A DNA stretch of 64,000 nt from an uncultured Verrucomicrobiae bacterium (GCA_963791385.1 CAWBSH010000030.1:188381-252380), one strand, 5' to 3'; shown: positions 26,935 through 38,866, counted from the stretch's first letter. The notes: generated from the sequence alone by a model not told the origin. Numbers and translations are program-made.

Positions 26935-28675
26935 ATGATTCAAATGCAGGATGTGATGTCGAAGCCGATGCCGGATTTCCGCGAAGGAAGCATCATCAAA
27001 GGACAGATCTTAGAAATTCGCCCGCGCGAAGTGCTCGTCGATGTTGGATACAAATCTGAAGGGGTCATTTCATTGAGCGAATTTGAAGATCCCGAATCAC
27101 TGCAAGTTGGCGACGAAGTGGATGTTCTGCTGGAACGGCTGGAAAACGAGGAAGGCATGGTTGTTCTGTCCAAGGAAAAAGCCGCCTACCGGCAAAACTG
27201 GAACAAGATCGTTAACGTTTTCGAGGGTGACGGCCTGATCAAAGGCAAGGTTAGATCGGTTGTCAAAGGCGGGTTGATGGTGAACATCGGGGTCGAGGCA
27301 TTTTTGCCGGCATCTCAGATCGATATCGTTCCGCCAAAGGATTTGCAGCAGTTCGTCGGCAACACTTACGATTTCAAAATCGTCAAACTCAATGACGATC
27401 GGAAGAACGTCGTGCTCAGCCGGCGCGAGGTAATCGAACAGGAGCGCAGCGAAAAACGCCAGAAGTTCCTGGACGGCGTCAACGTCGGCGACCGCGTAGT
27501 CGGCACCGTGAAAAACATCACCGACTTCGGTGCATTCATCGACCTCGACGGCATGGACGGTTTGCTGCACATAACCGATATGACGTGGGGTCGACTCGGA
27601 CATCCCAGCGAGCTATTGAAGGTCGGCCAGCAATTCGAAGTCGTTGTGCTCGATATCAACAAGGAAAAAGAGCGCGTCTCACTGGGACTGAAGCAAACTC
27701 AGAAAAATCCGTGGGACCAGATCGAGGAGCGATTCCCTGCCGGACAACGCATTAAAGGCAAGATCACCAATCTTGTTCCCTACGGCGCTTTCGTTGAGAT
27801 CGAGGAAGGCGTCGAAGGACTGATTCACGTTTCGGAACTTTCGTGGACGAAGCGCATCATGCGCCCCTCGGATATTCTCACTGTCGGCCAGGAAGTCGAA
27901 GCCGTAGTTCTGGGTGTCAACAAGGAGGAGCAGAAGATTTCGTTAGGCGTGCGCCAGCTCGAGCCCAATCCGTGGGATGAAATCGAGAAGAAGTTCACCA
28001 TCGGCAGCCGGGTCAAGGGCAAGATTCGCAACATGACCGCCTACGGCGCTTTCGTCGAACTGGAGGAAGGCATCGACGGCATGATCCACGTCTCCGACTT
28101 AAGCTGGACGCGCAAAATCAATCACCCGAGCGAAATGTTTAAGAAGGGCGACGAAATCGAAGCCGTCGTCATCGACATCGACAAGGTCAACCAGCGCATC
28201 AGCCTCGGCATTAAGCAACTGACCGAAGATCCGTGGAAGAACGATCGATGAGAAATACAAGATCGGCGATCTCGTCAACGGCAAAGTCACCAAGCTCGCC
28301 AGCTTCGGCGCCTTCGTGCAATTGCAGGACGATATCGACGGGCTCGTCCACATCTCGCAGTTCAGCGAAGATCACGTCGCAAAAGTGAAGGACGTCCTCA
28401 AGGTCGGTCAGGAGGTCGAGGCCCGCGTCATCAAGGTCGATAAGATCGAGCGCCGCATCGGGCTGTCCATCAAAGCCGCAAATTATTCCGAAGAACAACT
28501 GCGCAAGGAAGCGGAGTCGTTCGACACGCTCCGTCCCGGCGAAGACATGGTGGGGTTGGAAAAAGCTTTCGCGGCAGCGGAACAGGAAGAATATCGCCCC
28601 GGCGAATCGAAACGTGGCGCAAAGGAATCGGAGGAATCAAAAAGCGATTCGAAGAAAGAATCGCGCAGCAAATAG
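26935..28675 (+). CDS. rpsA: 30S ribosomal protein S1 (six S1 domains), split by an apparent frameshift near 28240-28255
   Basis: ORF 26911-28251 ends ...QLTEDPWKNDR*. The +1 frame continues DEKYKIGDLVNGKVTKLASFGAFVQLQDDIDGLVHISQ (ORF 28316-28675). GAGGAGG lies 12 nt before the ATG at 26935. Confidence 0.85.
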
Positions 28676-28702
28676 CGCGAGGTTTTCCGTCGCTGTTTAG
28701 CG

Positions 28703-30746
28703 GTGATCGGGCAACAAATGCGTGGCCCATACTGCTTCGGTCTTTGGGCCGGCTCGATCGTCTATTCAATCTCGCTGCTTGGCACGCTGCTGTTGGCAAA
28801 TGAGCGCGTTCGGGCCTGGGCTGTCTTACTGCTCATGGCAGCGGCAGTGCTCGCTGTGCTTTTGTGGCGGCGGCAAAAATGGATACCCGCGTTTCCGCCG
28901 GATGATGTTAGTACTCGGAGGGCCAACGATAAGCGTCGCCGCTTTTTCTATTTGCTTGGGTTGGTAACCGCGTTCGTCGTTGTACTCGCCGCCGACCTGT
29001 GTTATTCCGCCGCGCCCGACAAGACATTCGGGCTCGCAGGTGTTTTATGGCTCGCCGGCATAGGCTTGCTGCTTTGGTCTGCTTTTTTCGGCGCGCATTC
29101 GGTACCGGTTCCGTCCACTGAACCACAGCCTACTTGCCGGGCAATTTGGGAAATAGCGCTCGTTACCGGGCTGTTCTTCGTAGCCTTGCTCACTCGAGTT
29201 TGGAACCTGAAGAATTTTCCCGACAACATTTACCCGGACGAAATCATGACCGGCACGGTTGCCAGTCAGGCTTACATAAGCCCAACAGGTCCGCCGCCAT
29301 CAGTATTCAGCACGTTGTGGAGTGGGATTGATTTGCCCGCTCTCTGGTTCTGGATCGTAGCGGTATCTCTAAAGCTCGGCGGGAACTCGCTTGCAATGCT
29401 GAGGTTACCTGCCGCTTTGTTCGGGGCTGCTACAGTTCTTCCGCTGTATGGATTGATACGCGGAACATGGGGGCGAAGCGCCGCCATAGCTGGAACCGCG
29501 ATCATGGCCTTTAGCGCCTGTAATGTTCACTACAGCCGGCTCGCACTTAACAACATAGTGACGCAGTTCTTTTGGGCGACCTGCTTCTTTTTCTTGTTGC
29601 GCGGGCTGCGATCGCGCCGCCCATCTGATTGCGCGCTGGCCGGGTTAGCGGCAGGGTTAAGCGAGTACTTTTATTATGGAACACGGCTCCTGCCGTTCAT
29701 TCTGCTGGTGTTTATCGTTTTCGTACTCGCTCTTCACTGGCAGCAAGCGCGCAATTATTTGAGCTGTTTCATGCTGTTAGTCGGCAGCTACTTCGTAGGA
29801 TTTGGTCCGCTGTTGTTCCATTTCTTTCGCAAGCCAAACCTCTACTTCGGACGAGGAGCAAGCCTCCTGATATGGTCGCCGCATATCCCAACGAGTTTCG
29901 CTAATCTCAAAAACGCTTGGAACACCGTTTGGCCCGTGTTTTCCGAGAACCTGCTTGGAATCAGCACTCACAGCTCGCAAGACATCATATTCTATGCGCC
30001 ACTTTTATTACCTGCGGAAGCTGCTCTGCTCGGTACTCGGCGTTGCATTGCTGCTATTGCACTGGCGTCATCCAGCCGCGTTTCTCATGCTCGTCTCCGG
30101 GCTAGCTGTGTTGCTCGCGGGCGGAACGCTCGTGGCATATCAGAACAGCGTGCCACCCCTGATCAATCATTGGACTCCAGCTTTCCCGGCGTTCTATGTG
30201 ACCCTCGCAGTGCCTGTGGGCGCATGGACAACGGCCGCTCAACCGGAGTTGAAACCCCGCTTGCGCTGGATCTTGCCGGTAACGGTCACAATTGCGTTAC
30301 TCATGCTTGGCTTGTGTAATTTGAATTTTTATTTCCATCGCTATTACGCCGACCCTGAGAGCCTGAAAAGCAATGCGTACAGGTCGGCCCAACAAAATTA
30401 TGAGGTGCAAACTGCTCAGAGCCGCTACCTGGAATCGCTAGGCCACGATTACCAAGCATTTACCGTAGGCCAAAGCCCGTGGCCGTACGATCCTATAACT
30501 ACGAAATATCTGGTGTTGGAGCAGAAGTGGACGCTCCTCTTAAATCCCGCCGCGGAACTGGCGTCCATAGATCGTGACAAGAAGGGGTTGGCGTTTCTCT
30601 TTTTCCCAAGCAACGAGCAATATCAGGAAATGACACACGAGCTTTTTCCCGGCGGCAAGGACGGCGAAGTAACAACCCGGCGCGGCAAGCACCTCTTCTA
30701 CACGTACGTGCTTGCACCGGCACAAGTGGAGGCGATCCAGAAATAA
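28703..30746 (+). CDS. PMT/ArnT-family (GT39/GT83-like) membrane glycosyltransferase with an apparent frameshift near 30020-30050
   Basis: ORFs 28703-30319 and 29955-30746 overlap in different frames. The product is polytopic, with the stretch NIYPDEIMTG...LRLPAALFGAATVLPLYGL. Confidence 0.65.
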
Positions 30747-30802
30747 GACTTCGCTTTCGCTTTGGCTCGACTTAGCCAGGGCAGACAATTATAACTCCGC
30801 AG

Positions 30803-31144
30803 TTGATGCGAGTTGTTGTTGTCCAACGTGCGCGCCTTCTATTGATAGCGGCTTCGGCACTTGTGCTCCTGATTATGGCCGGCTGCGGCAATTCCACCAT
30901 TGTCGGCAAATGGCGGATGTCTGGCGCTGAAAATCAAACGGTCTGGGAATTTTCGAGTAACGGGTCGGTGCTCGTCGGAGATGTCCGCGGCCGATACAAG
31001 TTCGGCGATCAGGACCGGATCAAAATTGAAACGCCATTCTCTACGGCAGTTTATCAGGTGAAAATTTCCAGCGACCAGCTGGTGCTCCAGGAGCCTGGCG
31101 GTTCCAAGCTGGAGTTCACGAGAATAAGAGAGCCGCAGCGCTGA
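30803..31144 (+). CDS. Small lipoprotein
   Basis: The signal sequence and lipobox are LLLIAASALVLLIMAGC. Confidence 0.6.
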   Translation: MMRVVVVQRARLLLIAASALVLLIMAGCGNSTIVGKWRMSGAENQTVWEFSSNGSVLVGDVRGRYKFGDQDRIKIETPFSTAVYQVKISSDQLVLQEPGGSKLEFTRIREPQR

Positions 31145-31198
31145 TGATAGAGTCGCCGCGTTGCAGCGACCGGACGCCGCAGCGTGGAGTCCCTACTT

Positions 31199-32593
31199 TT
31201 AGAACTCGGCGCTGCCGGGTGTTCGCGCGAAGGGAATGACGTCGCGGATATTCGGAATGCCGGTAATAAACATCAGCATCCGCTCGAAGCCGAGGCCGAA
31301 GCCGGAGTGTGGCACCGTGCCGTAGCGGCGCAAATCGAGATACCATTTGTAATCGGTAGGATCCATGTTGTGCCGTCGCATGTTTTCTTCCAACATTTCC
31401 AGTCGTTCTTCACGCTGACTGCCACCGACGATTTCGCCGATGCCGGGCACGAGCAGATCCATGGCCGCAACTGTTTTTCCATCATCGTTCACACGCATGT
31501 AGAAAGGTTTGATTTCCTTCGGGAAATTGAAAATTGTGACCGGGCACCTGAAGTGTTTCTCTGTGAGCCAGCGCTCATGCTCCGATTGCAGGTTTAATCC
31601 GTAGTCGATGGGAAACTCGAATCGTTGGTCACTCTTCTTGAGAAGGTCCACTGCCTCCGTGTAGGTGATTCGCTGAAATGGCCGATCAGCAACAAAATCA
31701 AGTCGGGCAAGCAATTCCTTGTCCACGAATTTCGCGAACAATTCCATCTCTTCGACGCACTGCTTTCTGGCGTCTGCGATCAGGTATTTCACGAACTCTT
31801 CGGCGAGATCCATATTGCCGGTAAGATCGCAAAACGCCATCTCCGGCTCGATCATCCAAAACTCGCTGGCGTGCCGCGATGTATTTGAGTTTTCCGCGCG
31901 GAACGTCGGGCCAAAAGTATAAACATTGGTTAGCGCGCACGCGAACGCCTCGGCCTCAAGTTGACCACTGACGGTCAGATATGTTTGTCGGGCGAAAAAA
32001 TCCTGCAAGTAATCGATTTCGCCATTTTTTCGCGGCGGATTGTTGAGATTGATCGTGGAAACGCGAAACAACTCCCCCGCGCCTTCGCAATCGCTTCCGG
32101 TGATGATCGGCGTATGCACGTAAACGAAACCGCGTTCCTGAAAAAACTGGTGCACAGCGAACGCGAGCCGGCTTCGCACTCGGAAGACGCAACCGAACAG
32201 ATTCGAGCGGGGACGCAAATGCGCAATCTCGCGCAAAAACTCCGGTGTGTGTCCCTTTTTCTGGAGTGGATACGTTTCATCCGCGCCGCCGACGATTTCG
32301 ATGTTCCGCGCAACCAGTTCCCATTTTTGTCCTTTGCCCTGCGACGGAACCAGCACGCCGGTGACGACAATTGAAGCGCCACTGCTGAGCCGTTGAATGT
32401 CTGCGTAGTTCTGCAGCGCATCGCTCTTTGCGATGACCTGAAGATTGCGCAGCGACGAGCCGTCGTTCAGTTCGATGAAGGAAAAATCCTTGGAATCGCG
32501 CCGCGTGCGCACCCATCCCTGAACGCGAATCCCATCGATCGGTGCAACGCTTTGCAGTGCATGCTTAATCGGAGTTGTCGAAAGCTGCGTCAT
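31199..32593 (-). CDS. asnS: Asparagine--tRNA ligase
   Basis: The sequence VQGWVRTRRDSKDFSFIELNDGS...GPTFRAENSNTSRHASEFWMIEPEMAF...HSGFGLGFERM is the class IIb AsnRS pattern. Confidence 0.9.
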   Translation of the reverse strand: MTQLSTTPIKHALQSVAPIDGIRVQGWVRTRRDSKDFSFIELNDGSSLRNLQVIAKSDALQNYADIQRLSSGASIVVTGVLVPSQGKGQKWELVARNIEIVGGADETYPLQKKGHTPEFLREIAHLRPRSNLFGCVFRVRSRLAFAVHQFFQERGFVYVHTPIITGSDCEGAGELFRVSTINLNNPPRKNGEIDYLQDFFARQTYLTVSGQLEAEAFACALTNVYTFGPTFRAENSNTSRHASEFWMIEPEMAFCDLTGNMDLAEEFVKYLIADARKQCVEEMELFAKFVDKELLARLDFVADRPFQRITYTEAVDLLKKSDQRFEFPIDYGLNLQSEHERWLTEKHFRCPVTIFNFPKEIKPFYMRVNDDGKTVAAMDLLVPGIGEIVGGSQREERLEMLEENMRRHNMDPTDYKWYLDLRRYGTVPHSGFGLGFERMLMFITGIPNIRDVIPFARTPGSAEF

Positions 32594-32680
32594 CTTAAGA
32601 GAACCCACTTTGAACGCTCAACGTTCAACGCTGAATGCCCAATACTCAACTAGAGCCGCTTCACTCTGTAAAACGCCGGG

Positions 32681-32929
32681 TTATTCCAGCCCGTAGAGAA
32701 ATCCGTCGGCGCTGCCAAAATAAACGATGCCGTTAACGACGAGCGGCGATGAAAAAATTCCGCCGATGCGCATACAAATTGGCATCGCGGCTGCCAGCAA
32801 AAACGCGGCTACAAACTCGAGCAACTGTAGCGGACCACTGGATGTCAGGCTGCTAGTCTGCCTGGCCTCAAGCTCGACCGGCCAACAGCCTGGCGGCGAG
32901 TCGCTAAAGCTGGCCAACTTCCGTTTCAA
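32681..32929 (-). pseudogene. Possible relic of a PQQ/BamB-like beta-propeller repeat gene
   Basis: Only the last ~20 aa (SPLVVNGIVYFGSADGFLYGLE) resemble a PQQ-like repeat. The rest shows no similarity that I recognise. Confidence 0.25.
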
Positions 32930-32997
32930 CGGAACTGCGGCTTTGGAGGTCTAATCCGCTTTACCTAGCCAGAGTTATTCATCTCGTTTTCAAGATT

Positions 32998-35048
32998 ATG
33001 AAGTCATTCATCGCGATCAGCGTTTCGCTTCTTTGCTCATTCGGTGTGTTGGCCCAGCCGCAGCCGTCGCTGGAAAACAATCCACCACCGATTGATCCGT
33101 CGAACTTCGACATATCAGTGAAGCCGGCGGACGATTTCTTTCTTTATGCGAACGGCGGTTGGATCAAGCGCACCGAGATCCCGCCAGAGTACACGCGCTG
33201 GGGAAGCTTCAACGAACTGATCGAGCACAATAACGACGCACTCCACGAGATCGCCGAAAAAACAGAAAACACGAAAGTCGATCCGCAGATGGCGCCCGAA
33301 GCAGAGAAGGTCCGCGATTTTTACGCAAGCGGGATGGACGAGAAAACGATTGAAGCTTTGAGAACGAAGCCGCTCGACGACGAGTTCAACGCGATCGCCG
33401 CCATCAACGATCGCAGTGCATTGCTGAAGCAAATCGCGCATCTCCACTCTATGGGAATCGACGTGCTGTTTAATTTCGGATCACACCCCGATTCGAAGGA
33501 CAGCACGCACGAGATCGCACAGGCGGCTCAAGGCGGGCTTGGTTTGCCGGACCGCGATTATTACACGAAGACGGACGAGGCTTCGAAAAAGTTGCGTGAC
33601 CAATATGTCGATCACGTCGCCAAGATGCTGACGCTGCTGGGCGATCCTGCATCAAAAGCGCAGGATGAATCGAAGAGGATCCTGGCCTTGGAGACGAAGC
33701 TCGCCCAGGCGTCGCGAACTCGCGTGCAACTGCGCGATCCACAGAAGAACTACAACAAAATGCCGGTGCAACAGCTGCAAAACCTGACGCCGGACTGGAA
33801 TTGGAACGATTACTTCAACGCCATCAATCTGCTCGCGCCGCAGGACGTTAATGTTCATCAGCCGGAATTTTTCAAAACGACTGATCAAGTGTTCAAAGAA
33901 ACGCCGTTGGACGATTTCAAACCCTATCTGCGCTGGCATCTGATCGACGCAACCGCGCCGGACCTGTCGAAAGATTTTGTGGATGAAGATTTCAACTTCA
34001 AAGAGCGAATCTTGCGGGGCGCGCAGCAGATCAAACCCCGTTGGAAGCGAGTGATCGAGTCCGAAGACGGCTCGATTGGTGAGGCGCTCGGTAAACTTTA
34101 TGTGGCCTACAATTTTCCGCCGGAAGCAAAAGCTCGCGCCCTCGAGATGGTCAACAACTTGAAGGAAGCGCTGGCGGACCGGATCAAGACGCTCGACTGG
34201 ATGGATCAACCCACGAAGGAGCAGGCGTTGAAGAAACTTGCCGCGATGCAGGTAAAAATCGGGTATCCGGACAAGTGGCTCGATTATTCGCTGCTGCGGA
34301 TCGACCGTGGCCCTTACGTTTTGAATGACATGCGCGCCGCGCAGTTTGCGACCACGCGCGAGCTGAACAAGATCGGCAAGCCGGTCGATCCCACCGATTG
34401 GGGTATGACACCGCCTACAGTGAATGCGTACTACCAACCAAACCGTAACGAAATCGTTTTTCCAGCTGGCATTTTGCAGCCGCCTTTTTCTACGCAAACG
34501 CGGATGATGCCGTGAACTATGGCGCGATCGGTGCCGTGATCGGACACGAAATGACGCATGGCTTCGACGATCAGGGCAGGCAGTTTGATGCTAACGGCAA
34601 TTTGCGTGACTGGTGGTCAAAAAAATCGGCCGACGAATATAACAAGCGTCGCAAGGCAGTCGTCGGCCAATACAATGCGTATGAAGCATTACCGGGACTG
34701 CACGTGAACGGTGAGCTCACACAGGGTGAAAACATCGCGGACATCGGGGGACTGAAACTCGCCTACGCAGCGTTACAGAAAGCGCTCGCAAAGCATCCCG
34801 AAGAACGCACAAAGAAAATTGACGGTTTCACACCGGAGCAACGTTTCTTCCTCTCATTTGCGGCAATCTGGCGATCGAAGATTCGGGACGCAGATCAAAA
34901 GTTGCGACTCACCACCGACCCGCATTCGCCGGCGCAATTTCGCGTGAATGGCCCGTTATCCAACATGCCGGAATTTCAACAGGCTTTTAATGTTCCCGGT
35001 GGCTCACCAATGGTCCGCCCTGCCGACAAGCGCGTGAACATCTGGTAA
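32998..35048 (+). CDS. pepO: M13 family zinc metallopeptidase (PepO / endothelin-converting-enzyme-like), split by a 1-nt deficit in the T-run at 34485-34489
   Basis: The sequence NAYYQPNRNEIVFPAGILQPPF continues, after the frame change, as YANADDAVNYGAIGAVIGHEMTHGFDDQG (HExxH). The signal peptide is MKSFIAISVSLLCSFGVLA. Confidence 0.85.
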
Positions 35049-35055
35049 GCGAAAT

Positions 35056-35119
35056 TTGTAGGGCGTTTCTGTGAAACGCCGGGTTCTAGCGGTTGGCGTC
35101 TGACACAGAGGCCCTACAA
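35056..35119. repeat. Compound palindromic REP-like element, copy 4
   Basis: The element reads TTGTAGGGCGTTTCTGTGAAACGCC-14 nt-GGCGTCTGACACAGAGGCCCTACAA. Confidence 0.8.
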
Positions 35120-35120
35120 T

Positions 35121-35150
35121 TGTCATCCCGAGTGAAGTCGAGGGATCTCT
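35121..35150. repeat. Solo terminus of the MITE-like family, abutting REP copy 4
   Basis: The sequence TGTCATCCCGAGTGAAGTCGAGGGATCTCT has no partner arm nearby. Confidence 0.45.
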
Positions 35151-35171
35151 CGAAGCAACGAAAGCTCAGAA

Positions 35172-35504
35172 TTATTCTTTCGCGATTTTGCCGCCCCAGC
35201 TCAAAATCTTAGCCTTCGCACCGGCTGCTTCGGCTTCCTTGATGTTGCCGGCGCGATTGTAAAAAAGCGAAAGACTTGTCCAGCCGATTTGGTCATTAGG
35301 TTGCAATTCCACTGCGCGTTTTCCGGCCTCGATCGCTTCCTCGAATCGCCCGAGCTTCATCAACGCCATGCCGAGCGCGTGCCAGCCATCGAAAAAGTTT
35401 GGATCGATCTGTACGCATCGCCGGGACTTCTCCACCGCGCCATTCAAGTTGCCGACAGCGACGTCGCCACTGGCGTCGTCAAAAATTTCGTCAGACGTTT
35501 GCAT
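35172..35504 (-). CDS. Small TPR-repeat protein
   Basis: The sequence WHALGMALMKLGRFEEAIEAGKRAVELQPNDQIGWTSLSLFYNRAGNIKEA shows TPR periodicity. Confidence 0.65.
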   Translation of the reverse strand: MQTSDEIFDDASGDVAVGNLNGAVEKSRRCVQIDPNFFDGWHALGMALMKLGRFEEAIEAGKRAVELQPNDQIGWTSLSLFYNRAGNIKEAEAAGAKAKILSWGGKIAKE

Positions 35505-35598
35505 TTACTCTCGCAACGGCCACAAGGGTCAACGTATGGAAACGAGAAGTGCCGAGCAGAAACTTTCGTCGTGTCTTTTGTGAGCTTGGTCTGAAAGC

Positions 35599-37131
35599 CT
35601 ATCCTTTCTTAAATTCCAGGCCTGCAGCTTGCTGCCGGTCGCGCAGCCATTCGACGAGAACGATTCGCTCTTTGTTCTCTAAAATTCTCTTTTCGAATGC
35701 CCCCTTCTTCTCCCCTGCATTCGCGTCGGCGAGCGACTCTCGCTTTTCCAGAATCGCAATAAATCCGTCGGTGCCAGAAGGCACAAAATCGCTGACGTCG
35801 CCCACCTTCAATAACGCTACAGCCTCCTTCACAGCAGGCAGGTCAGGCGGCTGGTTCTTCTGCTGTTTGGCGTCGGGCTTTTGTTTTTCCTCATCGATCA
35901 GGGAAAACGGCGGGAGTGTCTCCGCTTTTACACCAGCCTTTTGAATCGCTGCCTCAAGTCCCGCGCCTGCGGGAGATTTTTTTGCTTCCCGGAGTTGTTC
36001 TGCCACTTCCGCGGCTTTGGTTGACATTAGCTCCTTCGACCGTGTCTTGTTTAACGCGTCCACGATTTTCGGTTTCGCTTCCTCGAGCGTGAGCGGCCGC
36101 GCCTCGGTCGTCCCAGTAAGATGCAAAATATAAAATCCATCCGCCACTTGGACCGGATCGCTGTTCGGCTCTTGTGCCGATAATTTGAAAGCCGCGGCGC
36201 CAAGCTTTGGATCGACTTTCAACTGCAGGTCGGGCTCCGCAGCAGTGAACTCGGCGGTCTCACGCACTGGCAACTGAGATTTCGCCGCCGCCTGCTTGAA
36301 GTCCGCGTCCTTCTGCAGAAGCGCCTGTGTAAAATCGGTTGCGCGATCGGCCAGCTTTTGTAACGCCTCGATCCGTTCCTTGCCCGTCAACTTCTTTTCT
36401 TCGTCAGTCATCGTGAGTTGAACAAACTCGACCTTGCGCTTCTCACCGGTTTTGAACTCAGATTTGTGCGCGTCGTAATACTTCTGCACGACTTCGTCGT
36501 TGATCTTGGTATCCTTATCGAAATCGGCCGACCGAAACCGAATCACGCTGACGTAGAGTTTGTCGTAACCGCGCTGAAAATTTTCATCCAATTCGCTCTT
36601 GGGAAGCGAAACCCCAGCCGCCAAAAGGTGTTGGATTTCGTTCAGAGAAATCTGATCGCGCACCAGTTGTTCGATGTGCTCCTCAGAGAGCCCCAGCGGC
36701 GCCAGCCCGTTCTGCACAAGATCATTGAATTTGTTGATGTCGAAGCCGGAGTCCCCCTGGAAAGCCGGCAGCTTGCGTACGACATCGGCAATCTCGGAAG
36801 CGCTCGGGCGAAGTCCCAGACGGTCTGCTTCGTGCCGCAGCACCAGCAGGTTCACAATGAATTGGACGGCGGCCTGATTCTGGTTAAACCCGGCCCCTGC
36901 TGTCATTGTTCCAACAAAATCAGACATACCGAGCGCCTGGGCCAGGCTGAGAAGCCGCGCCATTTGCTGCGCTTCCAACGTCGAAACGTTTCGATCATAA
37001 ATACGAGCAAATTGATCCGCACGTATCGCCCCGTAATCGGGCCTCTGGACAAAATAGAAAATGAACGGGATCGCCAGAATCGCGATCACGATCATCAGCC
37101 AGTCCTTGTGCCTGCGCAGTAACTTCATCAT
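35599..37131 (-). CDS. PpiD/SurA-like periplasmic chaperone (membrane-anchored peptidyl-prolyl isomerase family)
   Basis: The N-terminal anchor is MMKLLRRHKDWLMIVIAILAIPFIFYF. The overall layout matches PpiD-like proteins. Confidence 0.6.
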   Translation of the reverse strand: MMKLLRRHKDWLMIVIAILAIPFIFYFVQRPDYGAIRADQFARIYDRNVSTLEAQQMARLLSLAQALGMSDFVGTMTAGAGFNQNQAAVQFIVNLLVLRHEADRLGLRPSASEIADVVRKLPAFQGDSGFDINKFNDLVQNGLAPLGLSEEHIEQLVRDQISLNEIQHLLAAGVSLPKSELDENFQRGYDKLYVSVIRFRSADFDKDTKINDEVVQKYYDAHKSEFKTGEKRKVEFVQLTMTDEEKKLTGKERIEALQKLADRATDFTQALLQKDADFKQAAAKSQLPVRETAEFTAAEPDLQLKVDPKLGAAAFKLSAQEPNSDPVQVADGFYILHLTGTTEARPLTLEEAKPKIVDALNKTRSKELMSTKAAEVAEQLREAKKSPAGAGLEAAIQKAGVKAETLPPFSLIDEEKQKPDAKQQKNQPPDLPAVKEAVALLKVGDVSDFVPSGTDGFIAILEKRESLADANAGEKKGAFEKRILENKERIVLVEWLRDRQQAAGLEFKKG

Positions 37132-37232
37132 AACGGAAGAAAATTAGTTGCGGCTGCACGTAGCCGCAACAATTGGAATGTCAGATGTATCAGAATCGTG
37201 ACTATTCACTAGACTCATTTCACAAATGGGGC

Positions 37233-37335
37233 TGTCATGTTGAGCGAAGCGAAACATCTCTGTCTATTTCTGGTGGCGGGTCGGTGCAGGTTTGATCCGA
37301 GATTCTTCTCCCGCGACGGCGGGATCAGAATGACA
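37233..37335. repeat. MITE-like element, copy C
   Basis: The element reads TGTCATGTTGAGCGAAGCGAAACATCTCTG...GAGATTCTTCTCCCGCGACGGCGGGATCAGAATGACA. Confidence 0.75.
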
Positions 37336-37352
37336 TTACGCAATGGTTTTGC

Positions 37353-38866
37353 TCAGTTCTCGCGATGTACCTGGTTGGCGGTTTGACAGATCAATTCCCA
37401 TACTTTGCGCAAATGTTCTTCGGTCGTCAGGACGTTACCGAAGCCGATTCGCATCACGGTTCGGCCGCGCAAGTTCGTCTGCGTAAGATAGGCGCGCCCG
37501 CTCGCGTTGATCCGCTCCACCATCTCGCTGTTCAATTTGTCGAGCTGGTGTGCTGTAGCCGGGGGCGGCGACCCCGGCCCGACATCACGGATGCCGGCTA
37601 AAAAGCGAAAGCACACTACACCCATACTGACCGGGGCGGATAGCTCGAAACGGTCGTCCTCTTTGATCCAACTGGCGAGCAAATTTGCCAGACGGATTTG
37701 CTCCCGCAGGAGCGCAACGATTCCCGAGCGGCCTAACGAGCGCCAGATCACCCACGCTTTGAGTGCGCGGAATCGGCGTCCGAGTTGTACGCCGTAATCC
37801 ATGTAGTTTTTTGTGGCTTCCACGGTATCCCGGCGCAAAACGTCCGGTGGTGCGAGCGAGAAGACACAGCGTAAGCGCTCCAGATCGCGCACAAACAGGA
37901 CGCTGAAATCGAGAGGCACAAAAAGTGACTTGTGTGGATTGATGATGATTGAATCAGCGGCGCTCCAGCCTTCGGTGATCCAGTTGTACTCCGGAACGAT
38001 CGCGAACCCACCCCCGTATGCGGCGTCGATGTGCAACCACATCTTTTCTTCGCGACAAAGATTTGCCAGCCCAGCGATAGGATCGACGCTGGCGGTTGAA
38101 GTGGTTCCAGCCGTCGCGATGACCGCCATCGGCTTGAAACCTGATTGTCGATCGGCAGCAACCAGTTCGCGCAGAACCGGAGGTCCATTCGAAATTCACC
38201 ATTGCTGGGAACGCGGCGCACATTTTCTTCACCGATACCGAGAGCGATGGCCGCCTTTTCGGCCGCATTGTGCGCTTGATCGGAGGTGTAAATGCGGAAA
38301 CGCGAAAGATCGGCACGACCGGCGAGACCGCGTTTGCGCACCGATGGCGCGGCTTCTTCTCGCGCGGCTGCCATGGCATGCAGTATGCCAACCGACGCCG
38401 TGTCATAAACCACGCCATCAAATTCGTTCGGCAGATCCACCCATTGCCGAAGCCAATCGATCACCACGGTTTCAAGTTCGCTTGCAGCTGGACACGTGCG
38501 CCATGTCATCGCGTTCACGTTGAGCGGCGCGCTGAGAATTTCGCCGAGAATTCCCGGCGCGGTGGTTGTCCACCCAAAGTAGCCGAGAAACATCGGATGA
38601 CTCCAATGCACCATGCCTGGAACAATGATCCGGTCTACGTCGCTGAGAATTTTTTGGAATGGCTCGCCTTGCTCGGGTGCGTATTTTGGAAGTCGCGCGC
38701 GGATTGCGCCGGGCTTCTCATTAGGCGAAACCTGCAGTTGCTCGATGTTTTCACGAAAATCCGCAATCCAGTCAGCCAACTCATGGAGCTGTTTGCGAAA
38801 TTCCTCCGGCGGCGTGTCACCTACTTTAGTTAGCTCATCGCGCGATTCTTGCTGCCGATCTTGCAT
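37353..38866 (-). CDS. Group II PLP-dependent (aromatic-amino-acid-type) decarboxylase with an apparent 1-nt indel near 38179
   Basis: ORF 37748-38866 carries HWSHPMFLGYF... and ORF 37353-38129 carries TAGTTSTASVDP...HIDAAYGG...NPHKSLF, which includes the PLP lysine. Restoring CCC for CC gives MDLPVLRELVAADRQSGF. Confidence 0.8.

Noticed and set aside
28240-28320. Programmed ribosomal frameshift in rpsA
   Set aside because: I saw no slippery heptamer or downstream structure. The same kind of break affects a dozen unrelated genes, which points to sequence error.
31145-31198. A GC-rich segment between the lipoprotein gene and asnS (GTCGCCGCGTTGCAGCGAC..GGACGCCGCAGCGTGGAGTCCCTAC), considered as another REP copy
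   Set aside because: It shares only a loose GTAGGGA-like end and short stems. It lacks the outer TTGTAGGG/CCCTACAA stem and both signature hairpins.
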